Assembly (NCBI GenBank): GCA_964019335.1
Contig: OZ025676.1
Coordinates: 1-64,000, forward strand
Length of the DNA: 64,000 nucleotides
Direction of reading: 5' to 3'
Source: Diplonema japonicum
Taxonomy: Eukaryota > Protista > Euglenozoa: Diplonemea
The notes under the pieces: generated by a model
Databases searched by the model: none
Seen by the model: only the letters and a program-made list of their open reading frames with translations
Told to the model about the DNA's origin: nothing
Position numbers and translations under genes: made by a program
In this document: positions 46,319 through 58,879 of the stretch, one piece after another
Position numbering within the stretch: the first letter of the stretch is position 1
How the letters are laid out: every line of letters starts with the position of its first letter

Positions 46319-48091
46319 TCAAACTGAGTAACGCCCTTTTTTTGCACTACTGTCAAGATCACTGGATTCGCCTTTAATGACTGTGCGCAGTGTGAGTGCA
46401 GTCAGAAAGCTGTGTGGGTGTTGCGATGTGCACTGCATACCACGACTCCTCGTCCTGGTCTAGGCCTAGGATGCACATCAGGTTATACAGCTCACGGTCG
46501 TCGATGGTAGGGTTAGCAAAGATCAGGGAACTTGCCACACTGTTGAAGGAGGCCAGCCCAGAAGGGGACGCCTGTGGTGTTGCAGGACAGTCCAAGAATG
46601 CCAAAGGAATGCTTGCCAAGCACTCCAAAGACTCTGAGACCGTCAACTGCGCGGAGCTCCCACCCTCACTGGCTGACATCTTCCTTTTTCTTTCAAAGCG
46701 CTCAAATCGTTTCTTCTGCATGGACAGCAAACAGCTCCTCAACTTCTTCCCGTTCTTCAAAACAAGCATGTTTTTGATGCAATGTGCCGCTAGCACCAAT
46801 TCCGGGTCATACTCCTCACCTCCCTTCAGCAGCGTATATATCGAAACCAGCTTAGGCTTCGCATGCAGCCCTGCAGACGCCTTGATCGCTTCGTTCATCT
46901 CAAACACACGAGGCAGCTCGTTGCTGAAATCTGTGACGAAGTAGCTGCTGCACCTCTCACCGTACTTCACGTCCATCACTTCCTTCGGTTTCAGCGATGA
47001 GTGTACATCAACTCCAGTAACCTCCTGTGATAGACAAAAATGGTGGGAAGGGAGAAACATGCATACCCTCAAAGCTCTCCTTGCTGTGTTCCGTAGGTCC
47101 TTGCTGTCATCGACCATTCCATCCCTCTCCTCCCAGTCGCCGCCGTAAGCCACCGTAGTGTGCTTACCGTTGTCTGGATACATGAAGACATGGTTGCACG
47201 CATACCTGTGACATCAGCAACCAAGACAGATATTCTGTGGAAAGGGTGCACCACATCATCCTGTGGTGCTGCATAGTTAGCGCGGCTCATACCTCGGTGG
47301 CCACCAGCACGAGTAGCTTCGCAACGTTACTCCGTTCCGTGCTTGGCAGCAGTTGCGTGATAAGGTCTGCCCTCCTGTTGATAGGTTGCTCTCGCACTAT
47401 GATGTCGGGCTTCCCTCTGCGCACGTGAACGGTGCCCAGCCACGAGCTGAAGCTGTGTTTCACAGAGGTGATGTTTTCTGGAAGGGTAACGTCGGGGTAA
47501 AGCCTTTGGATGTACTCCAGAGTAGGGCACAGCTCGGTGAGGGGGGTGGTTGTCTCTCTGAACTTGTCGATGCGGTCTTTAAAGATCTCGGGGAGGTTCT
47601 CCTCGTCTGTGAGGCGCAGCTGCGGGGTTTCCTTCTTCAAGCTCTCGTCGTACTTGTCGTGGATGACCTTATTGGTCCGCAAGATGGACTTTTCTTTTAG
47701 TTTCGCAAGCTCTTCGCTCCCCAAGTTTTGCTTTGTTACCATATTCTGTAGTGTCATGTATTGTTGTGTGCTTGTTGTACTTGCATACCCTGGCGAGCAG
47801 CCTCTGCCCCTCGTTGGCGATGTCAAGGAGCTCCTGCTGTGCTTTTTGCTCTCGCTCCTTCAGCTTTGCTTGGGTTTCAGCTTGCTCAGCATGAAGCCTC
47901 TCTAGCTCCGCCGTGCTCTGCTCTGCCGCCTTCTTCTTATCTTCTAAGTCGGACTGCACTTTCTGGATTGCTACCTGCTGCAACCCTAAAGCCTTCTTGG
48001 CATCCTCGTTGCCTTTGCGGAGCTGCTGGACATGCACCTCAAGTGCTGCTATCTCGTTCTTAGCATTTTGTAATGACAGTAACATATCCAT
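46319..48091 (-). CDS. CCAR1/DBC1-like protein with an N-terminal coiled coil (multi-exon)
   Basis: HPFHRISVLV...VAYGGDWEERDG...LRNTARRA..EVTGVDV...PELVLAAHCIKNML resembles the DBC1 domain. Confidence 0.55.
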
Positions 48092-48454
48092 CACTCATCT
48101 GGGTCCTTGTGGGGGTTGCAGGTACATTAAAAAAAGAAATCGTTTTTTTTTTTTTCTTTTTGAAAGAAATGGAAGAAAAAAAACAAGAAAAATTTGGAAA
48201 CGCAACGTTCTTTTTTTTTTTTTAACCGCGTCCTTTGCCGTCGGTTTTTTTTTTTTTTTTTTTTTGTTTTCTTCTTTTTTCGGACTCAAAAAAAAATCTT
48301 GAACACTTCTTTACAACTGGGAGTAGTGGGAGCAAAAAAACAAAAAAAAAAAAAGGAAGGGGAAAAAACGGAGGGGGTAAAAAAAAAAATAAAGAAAAAA
48401 AAGAAAACCCAAAAAGAAGAAAAAAAAGTTGTATGGGGATAGCAGTGAAGCTAT

Positions 48455-48939
48455 CTATTTGCCCATCATCGAGTTCATGACCTTCTGCCACTCCTCGAGG
48501 CTGAGGCGGCCGTCGTTGTCGAGGTCGGCCTCCTTGATGAACTCAGAAAGGACATCCTCGCCAGTTGTCTCGCCGAGCATCTTGGTGATGTCAAGCATGT
48601 TCTGCACGGAGACGAAGCCTAAAGGGGTTAATAGAAGGTCATCAACGGTGTTAGCATACCAGTGTTGTCAAGGTCGAAGAGCTTGAAGGCCTTGAGGATC
48701 TCCTCCGGGCTGTCACGGGTGGTCATCTTCTCGTGCACCATCTTCGAGAACTCGTCGTACTCAATCAGAGAGTTGCCGTCCTTGTCGATGGCCTTCACCA
48801 TGTCCTCCAACTCACTGTTCGGTACATCAAAGCCAAGACCCTTCATAGCAAGGCCAAGCTCCTCCATGTCCACGGCACCACTGCCATCCGCGTCGAACAA
48901 GTTGAACGCCTCTTTAATCTGCTCGGTGGTCAGTGCCAT
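48455..48939 (-). CDS. Centrin (kinetoplastid centrin-4 type), 1 intron
   Basis: [37 protein letters not shown]...[16 protein letters not shown]...MMGK*. Confidence 0.93.
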
Positions 48940-49128
48940 TGTTGATGTGTTGTGAATGCCTACTATGATAACTAAAAAGAGAACAGAAAAAGAATGGTTT
49001 AAATCCGATTTTTAAGTGGGGGTACTGCGAACAGCCGCGGAGAGTGACCACAACCGTCTTCGGCCCTTAGAGATAGAGTCATCGAAAGGTGGAGAAAAAA
49101 AAAAACTTTAAATAATCTTATGGCGTTA

Positions 49129-49803
49129 TTAGAGATCTTTCTGCCCGCCGCCTTTGCCGTACTTCTCGTAGAAGTCGATCGATCGCTGGACGTAGTTGTC
49201 CACATCGATGCTCTTCTTGAAGGCAGGAACCCCCTCCATGGCAGAAACCCATGCCCAGTACTTTTCGAAAGCAGGCCCATCCTTGGGAAGAACCTTGTTG
49301 CGGTAGTGAGCAAGGAGGAGGTTGGTTCTGTACGCGAAGGGGTACAGTGAGAAGTCCAGCGCCGACGGCGAGGCACCACCCAAGAACGGTGAAGTTGGCA
49401 GCTGGGAGAACATGGTATCTAGATTGGCAGTGAGCTGCTCAAAGCCTTCATTTTGCACAGCAGGGTCTTCGCTTTTGAGCACTTTGTACATCAAAGACAT
49501 TATCTTTGTGTTCCCAAAGTCCATCCAGTGCTTCATCTCCGCTTTCTCCTCAGGAGTGCTCCCAAACAACGAACCGCCATACTTCTCGTTCAAGAACTCC
49601 ATTACGCGGTGCGAGTCGATTACCGTTATGCTGTCAGTCACCAGCACAGGCACCTGCCCCACACCACGGGACACCTTCAACCACGCCTCCTTCTTGTCGT
49701 ACGGGTCCACTTCCTCAAGTCTGAAGTCCGCACCGAGGTGCAGCGCCACCACCAGCGCACGCTGTGCGAACGGACAGTACCAAGCAGAGTAAAGCTGCAT
49801 CAT
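49129..49803 (-). CDS. Glutathione S-transferase, omega/DHAR-like
   Basis: YCPFAQR, GQVPVL, DS..MEFLNE, FLGG...ALDF. Confidence 0.9.
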   Translation of the reverse strand: MMQLYSAWYCPFAQRALVVALHLGADFRLEEVDPYDKKEAWLKVSRGVGQVPVLVTDSITVIDSHRVMEFLNEKYGGSLFGSTPEEKAEMKHWMDFGNTKIMSLMYKVLKSEDPAVQNEGFEQLTANLDTMFSQLPTSPFLGGASPSALDFSLYPFAYRTNLLLAHYRNKVLPKDGPAFEKYWAWVSAMEGVPAFKKSIDVDNYVQRSIDFYEKYGKGGGQKDL

Positions 49804-49995
49804 TGCTGAATGCCTGGGTGAGTAAATATTTAGAGGCATTAATGTTGAGGGCAGCATAACAGTGTCTACTCCTGAACTCTGATTGAATCAGTGTGCAGGT
49901 GGATACAAACAAGACTTCTTCTTCAAGAATCCCGCGGTTCAGGGCTTGCGGAGTGTCGGCAGCTGAAACACTTCGAAATAAAGAACACTAGACAA

Positions 49996-50929
49996 CTAGA
50001 CCACACCCCTTCCGCTGGTGGAGGGTAAGCACAACGACACAATGCTATGCGCAAAGCTAAGAATGCGAGAGGAGGTGTGAGGTTGGCCCAGTTCGTCTAC
50101 ACGTACAGCTGAAGAGCCTAGCGTGGAGGTGGCTATGAGGAGCGACATGATGAGCGGAGAGCTTTCAATAGGCAGGTGTGTCGAGGCCCATGTTGCAAAA
50201 GCGACAGTCGGAAGCGAGAAGCCCAAGAAGAATGGGAGGTGCGTCTCGATGTAGCGGCACTTGATCCCCCTTGTCATGATGTTCATTCGCTCAAAACGCG
50301 ACGAAAAACTCAAAAAACACAATACTAGAGATTCCAGAATCAGCACCACAACAGTCCCCAATGGGCCCATAATCCTTACCCTGTTTATAGCACAGCATAT
50401 CAACACAATAATGTACAGCAACATACAATCTGTCAGCACAGTCATATGTTTCCCCGTTCGGACATAGGTCCCAAAGTCGTAGTAACCAGCTCCCGCAACC
50501 TTGTTGTTCGCTTCGAAGGCTAGGACGAAGAGCCTATCTAGCCACACATAGCACAAGGGGAGTGATACGGACAGCATGCTGCTGTACAACACGACTATCT
50601 TCAAAGTATTGTTCACGTGTATATCAAATTTCTCAAGCAGCATGAAGGTGCCCAGTGCAGGAAGGACCATCACAGCCACGAATATCACCAGAGAATACCA
50701 GAATTGGGCCCTTGCGCACACCTTTAGCAGGCTGACTACCGACGTTATTGCAGCGCTTATCCCGTTAATAAACCACCCAAAGTGCTTTAAAAGGGACGCT
50801 GGTGGCACCATCTTCTCCAGTTCGACCTGAGAAGGTGATTCATAGCCTACTCCATACCTCCTGATGGCGGATACTCCTAGGGCCATGACCCCTTTTAAGC
50901 GGTGTGGCCATCTTCGTGCGGTTCTCCAT
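49996..50929 (-). CDS. EI24-like membrane protein (1 intron)
   Basis: Hydrophobic helices; YIETHLPFFLGFSLP motif. Confidence 0.55.
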
Positions 50930-51005
50930 AGTTCCTACGCCTAATGTGTCTAACTAGAAATGTAGAGCGCAAGACAAAAGTATGAGAGATGGGCGTGTAA
51001 ACACG

Positions 51006-51584
51006 CTAGTCCTTCAGAAGCTTGGTGTGGAGTACCATGTCATTCGCTGTCTTAGGGCGGTGCGTGTATAGATTCGAGACGTTGAGCATACGGTCAAACT
51101 GCGACATAGTAGCACCCTCTGAGGTAGAAAGTGCCGGTTGCGCTTGTGGAGTGGTCACATAGTCATCGAACCACGAGTCAAAGCATGTCTTGCGTGACTT
51201 TGGAGACGGCTGCCTCGTCTTGTTCACCAGTGTACGCTTGCTCACCCGCTGCTTTGTCGCCCGCATATTAAAACCAAGCTTGTTCACGATCCGCACCTCC
51301 ACATGGCTCAGGTGCACGCCGCAGACGCCGCACATGTGCACCACGTCACCAGCCCTTGACAGCGCTTTACTGATGCAGAGCACATGAAACCTGTGCCCAC
51401 ACGACAGTGTGTACACATCGTTTTTAAGCCCTTCAAAGCAGATACTGCACTCTTCCCTCTCTTGCGTGCTCTCCTTGCTTTGTTCCATTTTCGTTGGAAC
51501 ACTTTCATCCTCCACAATGCCCAGCTTCTCTTCGACACGTTGGAGTCTTCTTAAGATATCTGCCAGCACATCTCCACCCCCCAT
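51006..51584 (-). CDS. RING-H2-type finger protein
   Basis: CSICFE...LSCGHRFHVLCI...CGVC. Confidence 0.8.
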   Translation of the reverse strand: MGGGDVLADILRRLQRVEEKLGIVEDESVPTKMEQSKESTQEREECSICFEGLKNDVYTLSCGHRFHVLCISKALSRAGDVVHMCGVCGVHLSHVEVRIVNKLGFNMRATKQRVSKRTLVNKTRQPSPKSRKTCFDSWFDDYVTTPQAQPALSTSEGATMSQFDRMLNVSNLYTHRPKTANDMVLHTKLLKD

Positions 51585-51652
51585 TGTGTAACCTGCCGTG
51601 GGTTCTTTGCTGAACGAGCTCAACAGACAACCACTGTGTCGTGTAAAGTACG

Positions 51653-52744
51653 CTACTCCCACCAATCATCGGAATCACTGTTAGAATGAATGTGGCACAC
51701 TGAGACATACTCATCCTTTGCAGGTACAGGTACAGGTGCAGGTGCAGGTTCAGGGACCGGAGGGGTCGATGTGGTAGCTGAAACAGTAGCAGCTTGGGAA
51801 AAGGATGCCGGCGTTGAAATGGCAGGTGAGAAGGGCACAGGAGAAGCTTGCTGAGGTGACGCGGTTGCTTGTCCAGGTGAAGCCACCACAGGACTGAAAG
51901 ATGCAGATGTTGGCGCGGGTGGTGTGAAAACAGGCACAGACAACGCAGGTAAACGCACCGGAGTGGAAAGTGTGTGTACAGGTGTTGGTGATATAGGCGA
52001 GACCGTAGGAGCAGGTGCAGGTGATGCAGCCGCGAACAGAGATTGAGGGTTATTCGATTGCAAGGTGCCAGTCGTAGGGTCGCTGTGGCCGACTGGTGAC
52101 TCAGCAGAGCTTAGTGAACTATTCTCTGGAAACAACTGCACTCCTGCAATCTGGTTGCCAGTGAGAGGCAACGAGGAGAGAGGTGATGCACCAGGAACAG
52201 GGGACGGCTCCCTACTGGAAACAAATGTGGGCGGTATGGCGCTGAGGGGTTGCAATGGCGACATTGGTCGTGGCGACGCACCTGGCTGGGTAAGGGGCGA
52301 AGACAAGGGGCTTGTTACCGCTGCTCTTATAGTGTACGCCGCCAGGGGGGTCCCCTTGAAGTGCGAAACAGTCGCACCTTGAGGAGGACATTTCAGACGT
52401 TGCCTCGGAGCTACGTCTTTGAACGTTGAAGCAGATGTGGTGATTTGGATCAGCTGCTTGTCGCTAAGGGGTTTTGTTTCCTGTTTGGAATAGTAAACAC
52501 GTTCTACCTCGTTGCCTTTCACAACGAGATTGTCCACACGCTTGCACGTATCGTCAACACTGGCAGCAACCTCCTGCGTGCTCATCTGTACATTGTAGAG
52601 TAACGCCTGAGTAGCGTTGCTCACGTGTGGGATGATGGTCGCAAAAGCATCTTCGTTGCTTGCAACGTTCTGAGCCCAGTTCAGCAGCGCGTCTAACTTG
52701 TTCTTCGTGTCCCTTAACTCATTCATTGCAGAGGGGGATGCCAT
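51653..52744 (-). CDS. Ser/Pro-rich protein with an N-terminal coiled coil and an acidic DDWWE tail
   Basis: Long open frame; probable in-frame 33-nt intron before DDSDDWWE*. Confidence 0.7.
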   Translation of the reverse strand: MASPSAMNELRDTKNKLDALLNWAQNVASNEDAFATIIPHVSNATQALLYNVQMSTQEVAASVDDTCKRVDNLVVKGNEVERVYYSKQETKPLSDKQLIQITTSASTFKDVAPRQRLKCPPQGATVSHFKGTPLAAYTIRAAVTSPLSSPLTQPGASPRPMSPLQPLSAIPPTFVSSREPSPVPGASPLSSLPLTGNQIAGVQLFPENSSLSSAESPVGHSDPTTGTLQSNNPQSLFAAASPAPAPTVSPISPTPVHTLSTPVRLPALSVPVFTPPAPTSASFSPVVASPGQATASPQQASPVPFSPAISTPASFSQAATVSATTSTPPVPEPAPAPVPVPAKDEYVSVCHIHSNSDSDDWWE

Positions 52745-52806
52745 CTTGAGACACTATTAAAAATGGTTCGTAAATACTAAGCAACTAGTGTAATGCACAC
52801 TTATGA

Positions 52807-54062
52807 TTACCACCTACCTCGCCCTTTCCCTCCTCGACCCTTGCCTTTACCACCCTTTCCCCCAGTCGGGTATGGACGGAAGGAGGGTGGCTCGTAGTCA
52901 TCGCCACGTCTCTGCATCGGAGGCGGTGGTGTGTGCCGCCCTGCATTTTGCATCCCCACCATCATCTGTGGTGGGTTTCATTCAAGTTTAATTTCACATA
53001 CATGTTGCGGGACGTGGACAGAGGCGGGTGGCGCTGTTACTGGCGAGGGCAATCCCACGCTGACAGGGGGTCTCCTTGGCCCCCTTGCGCCCCTGTAAGA
53101 GTCTGGTGTAGAAGGGAACGAGTCCCTGTTGTCTGGCGTGCGAGAGTAGCCATCCGGTGTAGTAGGATATCTCCCTGGTGTTTGGTACCCCTGTGACCTG
53201 CGGTCGTGCTGGTCGTAGTACTTCCCTTTGCCTTTGCCTCCTTTGCGGTCAAACGACGGTCTCCCGTGGTAGTTTGTCTGCGCAAGAGTGCATTCATCGA
53301 AGTGGTGCGAGAGGCCAGTGCAGGAAGCGCAGGAGAGTGGCGCAGTGAGGATGTTGGAGCAGCAATTGACACTTCCCTTTTTATTGCATATAATGCAGTA
53401 AGAGTTTTCCATATCTGACTTGCTGACGTAGTGTCGCTCTGGACGCCACGACTGGGCATAGTCATTGCGGTTCCCCCTTGTGTATTGCGTGGGGTTGGCT
53501 GTGACGGGGTCCAGCTTGTTGGGACAATCGTACTTTTCGTGTTCGCCCAGACCACACTCCCAACACACCTGTCGTTATGTTTGGCGAGGATGACCTAATC
53601 CCTTCGGCATACCTTCTTCCAGTTCCTCCTCTTGGCTACTACATCTCGCATCGAGCCATAGTATCGCTTGCCTCCACCAGGCGTTGCGCTGTTCTCCTCC
53701 CTCACATGGCATATGGAGTCGGGGGGGCACTCGTACTTTTCAATGTCGCTATGTACGCGTATCATCTTGTCAACTAGTCTCTGCTTTTTATGCAGGTGGC
53801 ATATTACAAACTTGCCCCCGAACACCCCGCTCGTTGCCTTGACCAACAGGTCCTCTTGGTCTTTGTCTTTTTGTATGTCTTTCTCAGTTTTCCACGGCCT
53901 CCAGCCTAACCCCATACTCCCCACAGACAACTCCGACGACATCCGCCCTGGTTCTGTGAGTCCTTCTTCCGACGTTGCGTCACTTCTCTCGCTAGGCGCT
54001 CTTTCATTTTGTTCATCGTCGCTGATGATGATGGTCTCCACCCTCTCACCGAAGCTCTCCAT
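52807..54062 (-). CDS. AIR1/ZCCHC7-like zinc-knuckle RNA-binding protein with a GK/RG tail (2 introns)
   Basis: KRYY; CWECGLGEHEKYDC; YCIICNKKG; CASCTGLSHHFDEC. Confidence 0.7.
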
Positions 54063-54145
54063 TTTACTGTGTAACGTATCATGAGCAACAAAAAAAGTAA
54101 AAAAATATTCGCTTTACTTACTCTTTTAATCCGTGTAAATGTAAC

Positions 54146-56468
54146 TCATTTCCCACTACTCGAAGTGGGAGATGTTAAATCTTCGACCTGCCTGCGCACC
54201 GTGTTGGCGACAGCGACTTTCTCGTGCTGCAGGTGGAGCGTCAGAGCGTCCAATGTGACGGCTTCGCCTGCTTCTGAAAGAGACTGCATTGCAGCCAGAG
54301 GCGGCTGGAAGGGGTGCGCATGCTGCATGAGGACAGACGCTATGTGATTCTCGAAGGTTCGTATCTCGTTGGCAACTCTCGCCTTCAGAGAGGTCAGGCT
54401 ACACGTCGAAGCATTGAGCTCTTCTGTGATGGTCTTCTTAAGATGCTTCATGTCTTCAACCTTATCGTCTAGCGAGGAAGCCGCAAGCTTCACCTGCAGA
54501 TCGATGGCACGGCTGTGCACCAGCATCCCCGCCCTCTTCGTCTCCATGCTGTTGATGAGGCTGCTCGCTTCTCCGCAGTAATCAAGCAGCCTTGCATGGT
54601 ACGACTTCGCGTGTTCAAAGATGGTGCATTCCAACTCTTCCGAAGCATCCTTCCTTTTGTGTAGCATGCTCTGCACATGCTCGTAGTACCCGTCGATGAA
54701 CTCCAACATCTCGAAACACTTTTCAGTGTGCGCACCTAAGTCCGAGAGCCAGTTCTGCATCGGCTGTATCATGGACAGGTTCTTGTTGATGACTGCCCTT
54801 TCGTTCGTGGCCTTCTCAACGGAGCTGACATTCTCTTTGCACAACTCCTTCCTCTCCATCATCAACGTCATCAGCTGCTCGTTGAGCGTCTGCATGTCCT
54901 TCAGCAGCTCCTGTTGCTTCAACGCGTTCGCGTCCAGCTTCGCAGCAAAGTGCTCGCATTCGCTCACCCTGTGCCTGTCGGCTTCGATGAGTTGCTTACG
55001 GAGCTCTTCCTCCATCAGCCCCACGGCTTGTGTGTCATGCACGATGTCGTCCTTCAGTTTTGTAGCGGACGCAACGCATGCCTCCAGCCGCTCCCTCGAC
55101 GCAACGAACGAGCGCTTCGTGCCATTGAAGATCCCTACATCCACAGACCCGGAGTGCAGGTCACGCAGAGCCGTCACCATCGCACTCAGCACCTCTTCCT
55201 GAAGAGCCACCTCACGCAGCCCTTCCATCGTCACCCCCTGGTAGTCGTGCGCTGACACTGAAGCAGCCTTCAGCTTCTTCGACTTTTGTATCTCATAAGT
55301 CTTCTCTCGAACAAATTCCTGGTGTGGAATAAGCACAGACTCCTTCAGACACTCCAGAGCATCCCGGAACATCAGCACATGAGCATCAATGATGTCCTTG
55401 GGTACGGATGGCACAGACACAGATGTACAGTCAAGCCCCCGCAGGCTGAGTGAGTAGTAGCTGTCCCACACAGGGATGAGGGAAGCCAAGATTTCTTCAG
55501 TTGCTTCTTTCTTGAGGCTGTGACTCTTAAGATCTGTCAGCATTCTTTTAAAGGGCGCCAAGGGGTGCGAGTAAAGGGTGATACATCTGGAGGGTACCTT
55601 GAGGGACCACTGCTTGGCGAGGTACTGTGGGGTGATACCCTCGTGACGCTCGGCGGACTCAATGTTTGCATTGAAGTTGAGAACAGCTTGCTTAGTGTCC
55701 GTGAGGGAGTTCTGGATGAGCGTCTGCGCGGTTTCAGTCTGAGACGACAGCCACTTCAGCTGCTGGACGGAACCAGCGGTGGTACGCTTGATGGTTGCGT
55801 TGAGCTCTGCGTTGTAGCCAGCCTGCTGCTCCGAGTAGTAGGTGATGGTTTCTTCAGGGATTTCATCGCGATATGCAGGCTTGGTGATGAGCTTGGGGGG
55901 ATCTTTGAAGGGCTCTGTCTCCACATCGGGGGGAGTGGGGGCAGCGTGATCCCCACGAAGTGTGGCGAGACCCTCTTGGAGCATAGATTCCGTCAGCTGA
56001 TCGGCGACCTCAAGCTTCTCCCTCAGCTGTTCGCGCATGGTGCGTGTTGTGTCCAGACGCCATTCCTTGAGGATGGGAACGGGAACACGAAGCACACACC
56101 GTGAGACTTCCGAAGGAAGCAGGCGGCGCTTGGCCGCCAGGCTGTCTACCATGAAGGACTCGTCGATGAACGTGCATTGCTTGCATTTTGCAACATTCAT
56201 AACCGCAAGCCGCAGCTTTGGGTTCGTCTTGCATAGGCCGAAGACATTGATAGGGACCACCACATAGTCCGCTTTGTGTAGTTGCTCCTCTGCCACCCAC
56301 CTCCCTCCGTACCTGCACACGACCTGCGAGTAGTAGTAATGAGAGTGGTGCAGCTTCCCCAAAGCACCCAACCCCAGCCCGCTGAAGCAGCCCTCTCCAG
56401 TCGCCCAGCCCATCGAACTGAAGGATATGCTCGGTGAACAAGATACTTGGTATGAAGAGAGGAGACAT
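54146..56468 (-). CDS. Paraflagellar-rod-domain protein with an N-terminal BRCT-like domain (5' exon uncertain)
   Basis: YGGRWV...ADYVVV...FIDESFMVDSLAAKRRL (BRCT-like). Coiled coil with QVKLAASSLDD...PFQPP resembles the PFR repeat end. Confidence 0.6.
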
Positions 56469-56729
56469 AATACACATATTTCGGGGAAATGTACGAGAAA
56501 GAGGAGAAAGGGGTATGGTAAGATGAAAAGAAGTAAACATGAGGAAAGGGAACGTGATGGAGGGATGGGGGGGGGGGGGGCGAAAAGAACAAGAAGAAGG
56601 AAGTTGTGTCAAACATTTCTTTTTTTCGTTGTTCCTTTTTTTAAAACTGGGCAGGGGGGGTGGGGGCTTTTTCTTTTCCGTTTTAGCACACCGAGGGGAG
56701 GTTTCTCCCCCCCCCCCCCCCCCCTATAT

Positions 56730-57085
56730 CTACTCATACAACCCATCCTCTTCCCATAACTGTACCAAAATACCCACCATGTCTGACAAATTAACAGGCT
56801 TAGAGAATGGAACGCTGGGGTTAACCAGAGACTGTGTGTCTTTTCTTTTTTTCCAATATCTTGCCATACCTCAGCTATGCTATCTATGTCCAGTGCTTGT
56901 TTTGCCTTTCTTTTCTTATGTACACCTCTTCCACGCTCTGTCCAAGCGTTTCGTATTACGAGCCACCGCTCTTCCCCAATGCCTGTGCCTATGTCAGAAG
57001 GATCAAATGCTTGTTTACAGGAGGGACTTTTATGCACTTCCGGTGGGGCTTCTGTCTTCCCGAAAAGCCGTCGTAGCAGATCCAT
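56730..57085 (-). CDS. DUF4050/Gag1-like clamp protein (1 intron)
   Basis: GEERW..IRNAW...|...PFSKPVNLSDMVGILVQLWEEDGLYE*. Confidence 0.75.
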
Positions 57086-57476
57086 CAACATATTATTTTT
57101 TTCTTCTTTTTTTTCTTCTCGCTCTCCGCCCCCCCTCTCCAACTTTTCTCCTTTTTTTGTTTTCTTTTTTAGATTATTCTTCTTTTTTTTTTGCTGCCAT
57201 ATTATATAAAAAAAAAAAGGGTACGAAGGGAATAATAAAAAAAAAATGGCAGCAACCATACTAAACAGCTGGTGAGTGGATGAAATATAAAAAAGGGGGG
57301 AGATAAAAAAAAAAACTTACACTATAAAAAAAATCTTCTGATCAAAACACTATAAGAAAAAAAAATAAAAAAGGGGAAAGAAAAAAAGATGGGGGAGTAG
57401 CCGATTTTTATTCTTTGTTATTTTTTTGTCATTTGATAGGATATTTGTTTTCTCTCTTCTTTTTTCTTTTTCTTCT

Positions 57477-57777
57477 TTACTGCAGCAGAGACGAAGGAAT
57501 AGGGATGACGGCCTAATTTTGTTTTTCTTCCCTCCAAAAAAAAAAATAGAAATACCTGAAACATATTCATGAACAACCTAATCCTGCTGGGGATCCACCC
57601 TTGGGGGTCCTGGTCTTTGTGCAAAATCAGAACCAGCATAACCACATAGATCCACTTGTTGGCATGGGCGTCCAGTGTGTCCATTGCATGGGTTATCAAA
57701 TGGTTGACCTTCTTGTAGAAGGGAAACTGCGACCAGGTGTTCTGCCCCACCTGCTGAACCTGCGGCATTCCAAACAT
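57477..57777 (-). CDS. Small single-TM protein (1 intron)
   Basis: MFGMPQ...WIYVVMLVLIL...MFQ|AVIPIPSSLLQ*. Confidence 0.55.
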
Positions 57778-58042
57778 TTTGATTTCCTTTTTTTTTCCTC
57801 TCTTTTCCCTTTTTTAATTCTCGAAATGGACTTCTTTAAATAGAAACAAAAGAACTGTTTATCCTGATAGAGGAAGAAGAAGAAAAAAAAAGGGGGGTTT
57901 TTTCAACACTATAAAAAAAAAATAAAAAACTATTCTGATGACAAAGTCATGGGGAGAGGCAAAAGGGAAGGTGAAACGCCAAGTTTGAGTAGCTTAAGCT
58001 ATGATAAAAAAAAAAACTTCTTTTTTTTTTTTTTTAGTATGA

Positions 58043-58788
58043 TTAGAAAACACGAGCCACGTAGCCTACGTCAATGGTAGAGTGCACCTCCTGGGTGCGC
58101 CTTTGGCTGAACTCAGAGAGGGGGAAGGTCACGATGCCGTCTGCCAGCGAGGCATTCTTATTCTGTGGGGGGTTTTTTTTTTCTTCTCCCCCCATACTTT
58201 GAGGAAAAGTTTGAGCGCATTGCCATTCAGCTTCAACACGGTGCTCGCCAGGGATTCTTCGCATCTGTTTTTTTTCCTCCCCCCCTCAAAAAAAAATACC
58301 TCTGGTGGGAAATTGCCAACACATTGTACGCGTAGTCCCTGACGGCGCTCTCGAACCCGGGGATGTTGGGGATATCTTTCAAATACGCGGAATTCCAAAA
58401 TTCTTGGAACCTGCACTCCTCAAGCATCTGGTGAAGGTCCTTCACGGTCTCAACCTCCTTCTTCTGGTGGAACCTCTCTGGGATCAGGTACGTCGACAGC
58501 ACAAATGCGTTCGAAGGCATCTCAGACAGTGCCTTCAGCAGTAATTTAAGGATAATATCAGCGTTCGCCTCATCGGGGAAGAACTGGTAGATCTTCAGCA
58601 GCGCCAGGTTCGCCTCCATATCATACGTTTCATCGTTAATCTAGATAAGATTTTTGAAATGGTTTAACACACACACACACCTGTTGGGTCACATACTCCT
58701 CAAGATCCTTTGTCATGGTCTTTTCCAGCATCTTAGCCTGCACCAGCGTCTTCTCCATGCTGGCAGTGCGAGTGGGCGCCGGCGACAT
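58043..58788 (-). CDS. eIF3k: Translation initiation factor 3 subunit K (3 introns)
   Basis: LEEYVTQQ|..YDMEANLALLKIYQF...LLKAL..P..F...LEEC.FQEFW...GFE.AVR. Confidence 0.9.
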
Positions 58789-58879
58789 TTTTAGTTAAGA
58801 CCTCCTGGAGGAATCATTGATAGCCGGGGGGGGACGTTGAAATTTAAAAAAATTCATTTTAACTAGAAACAAAAGGGGT

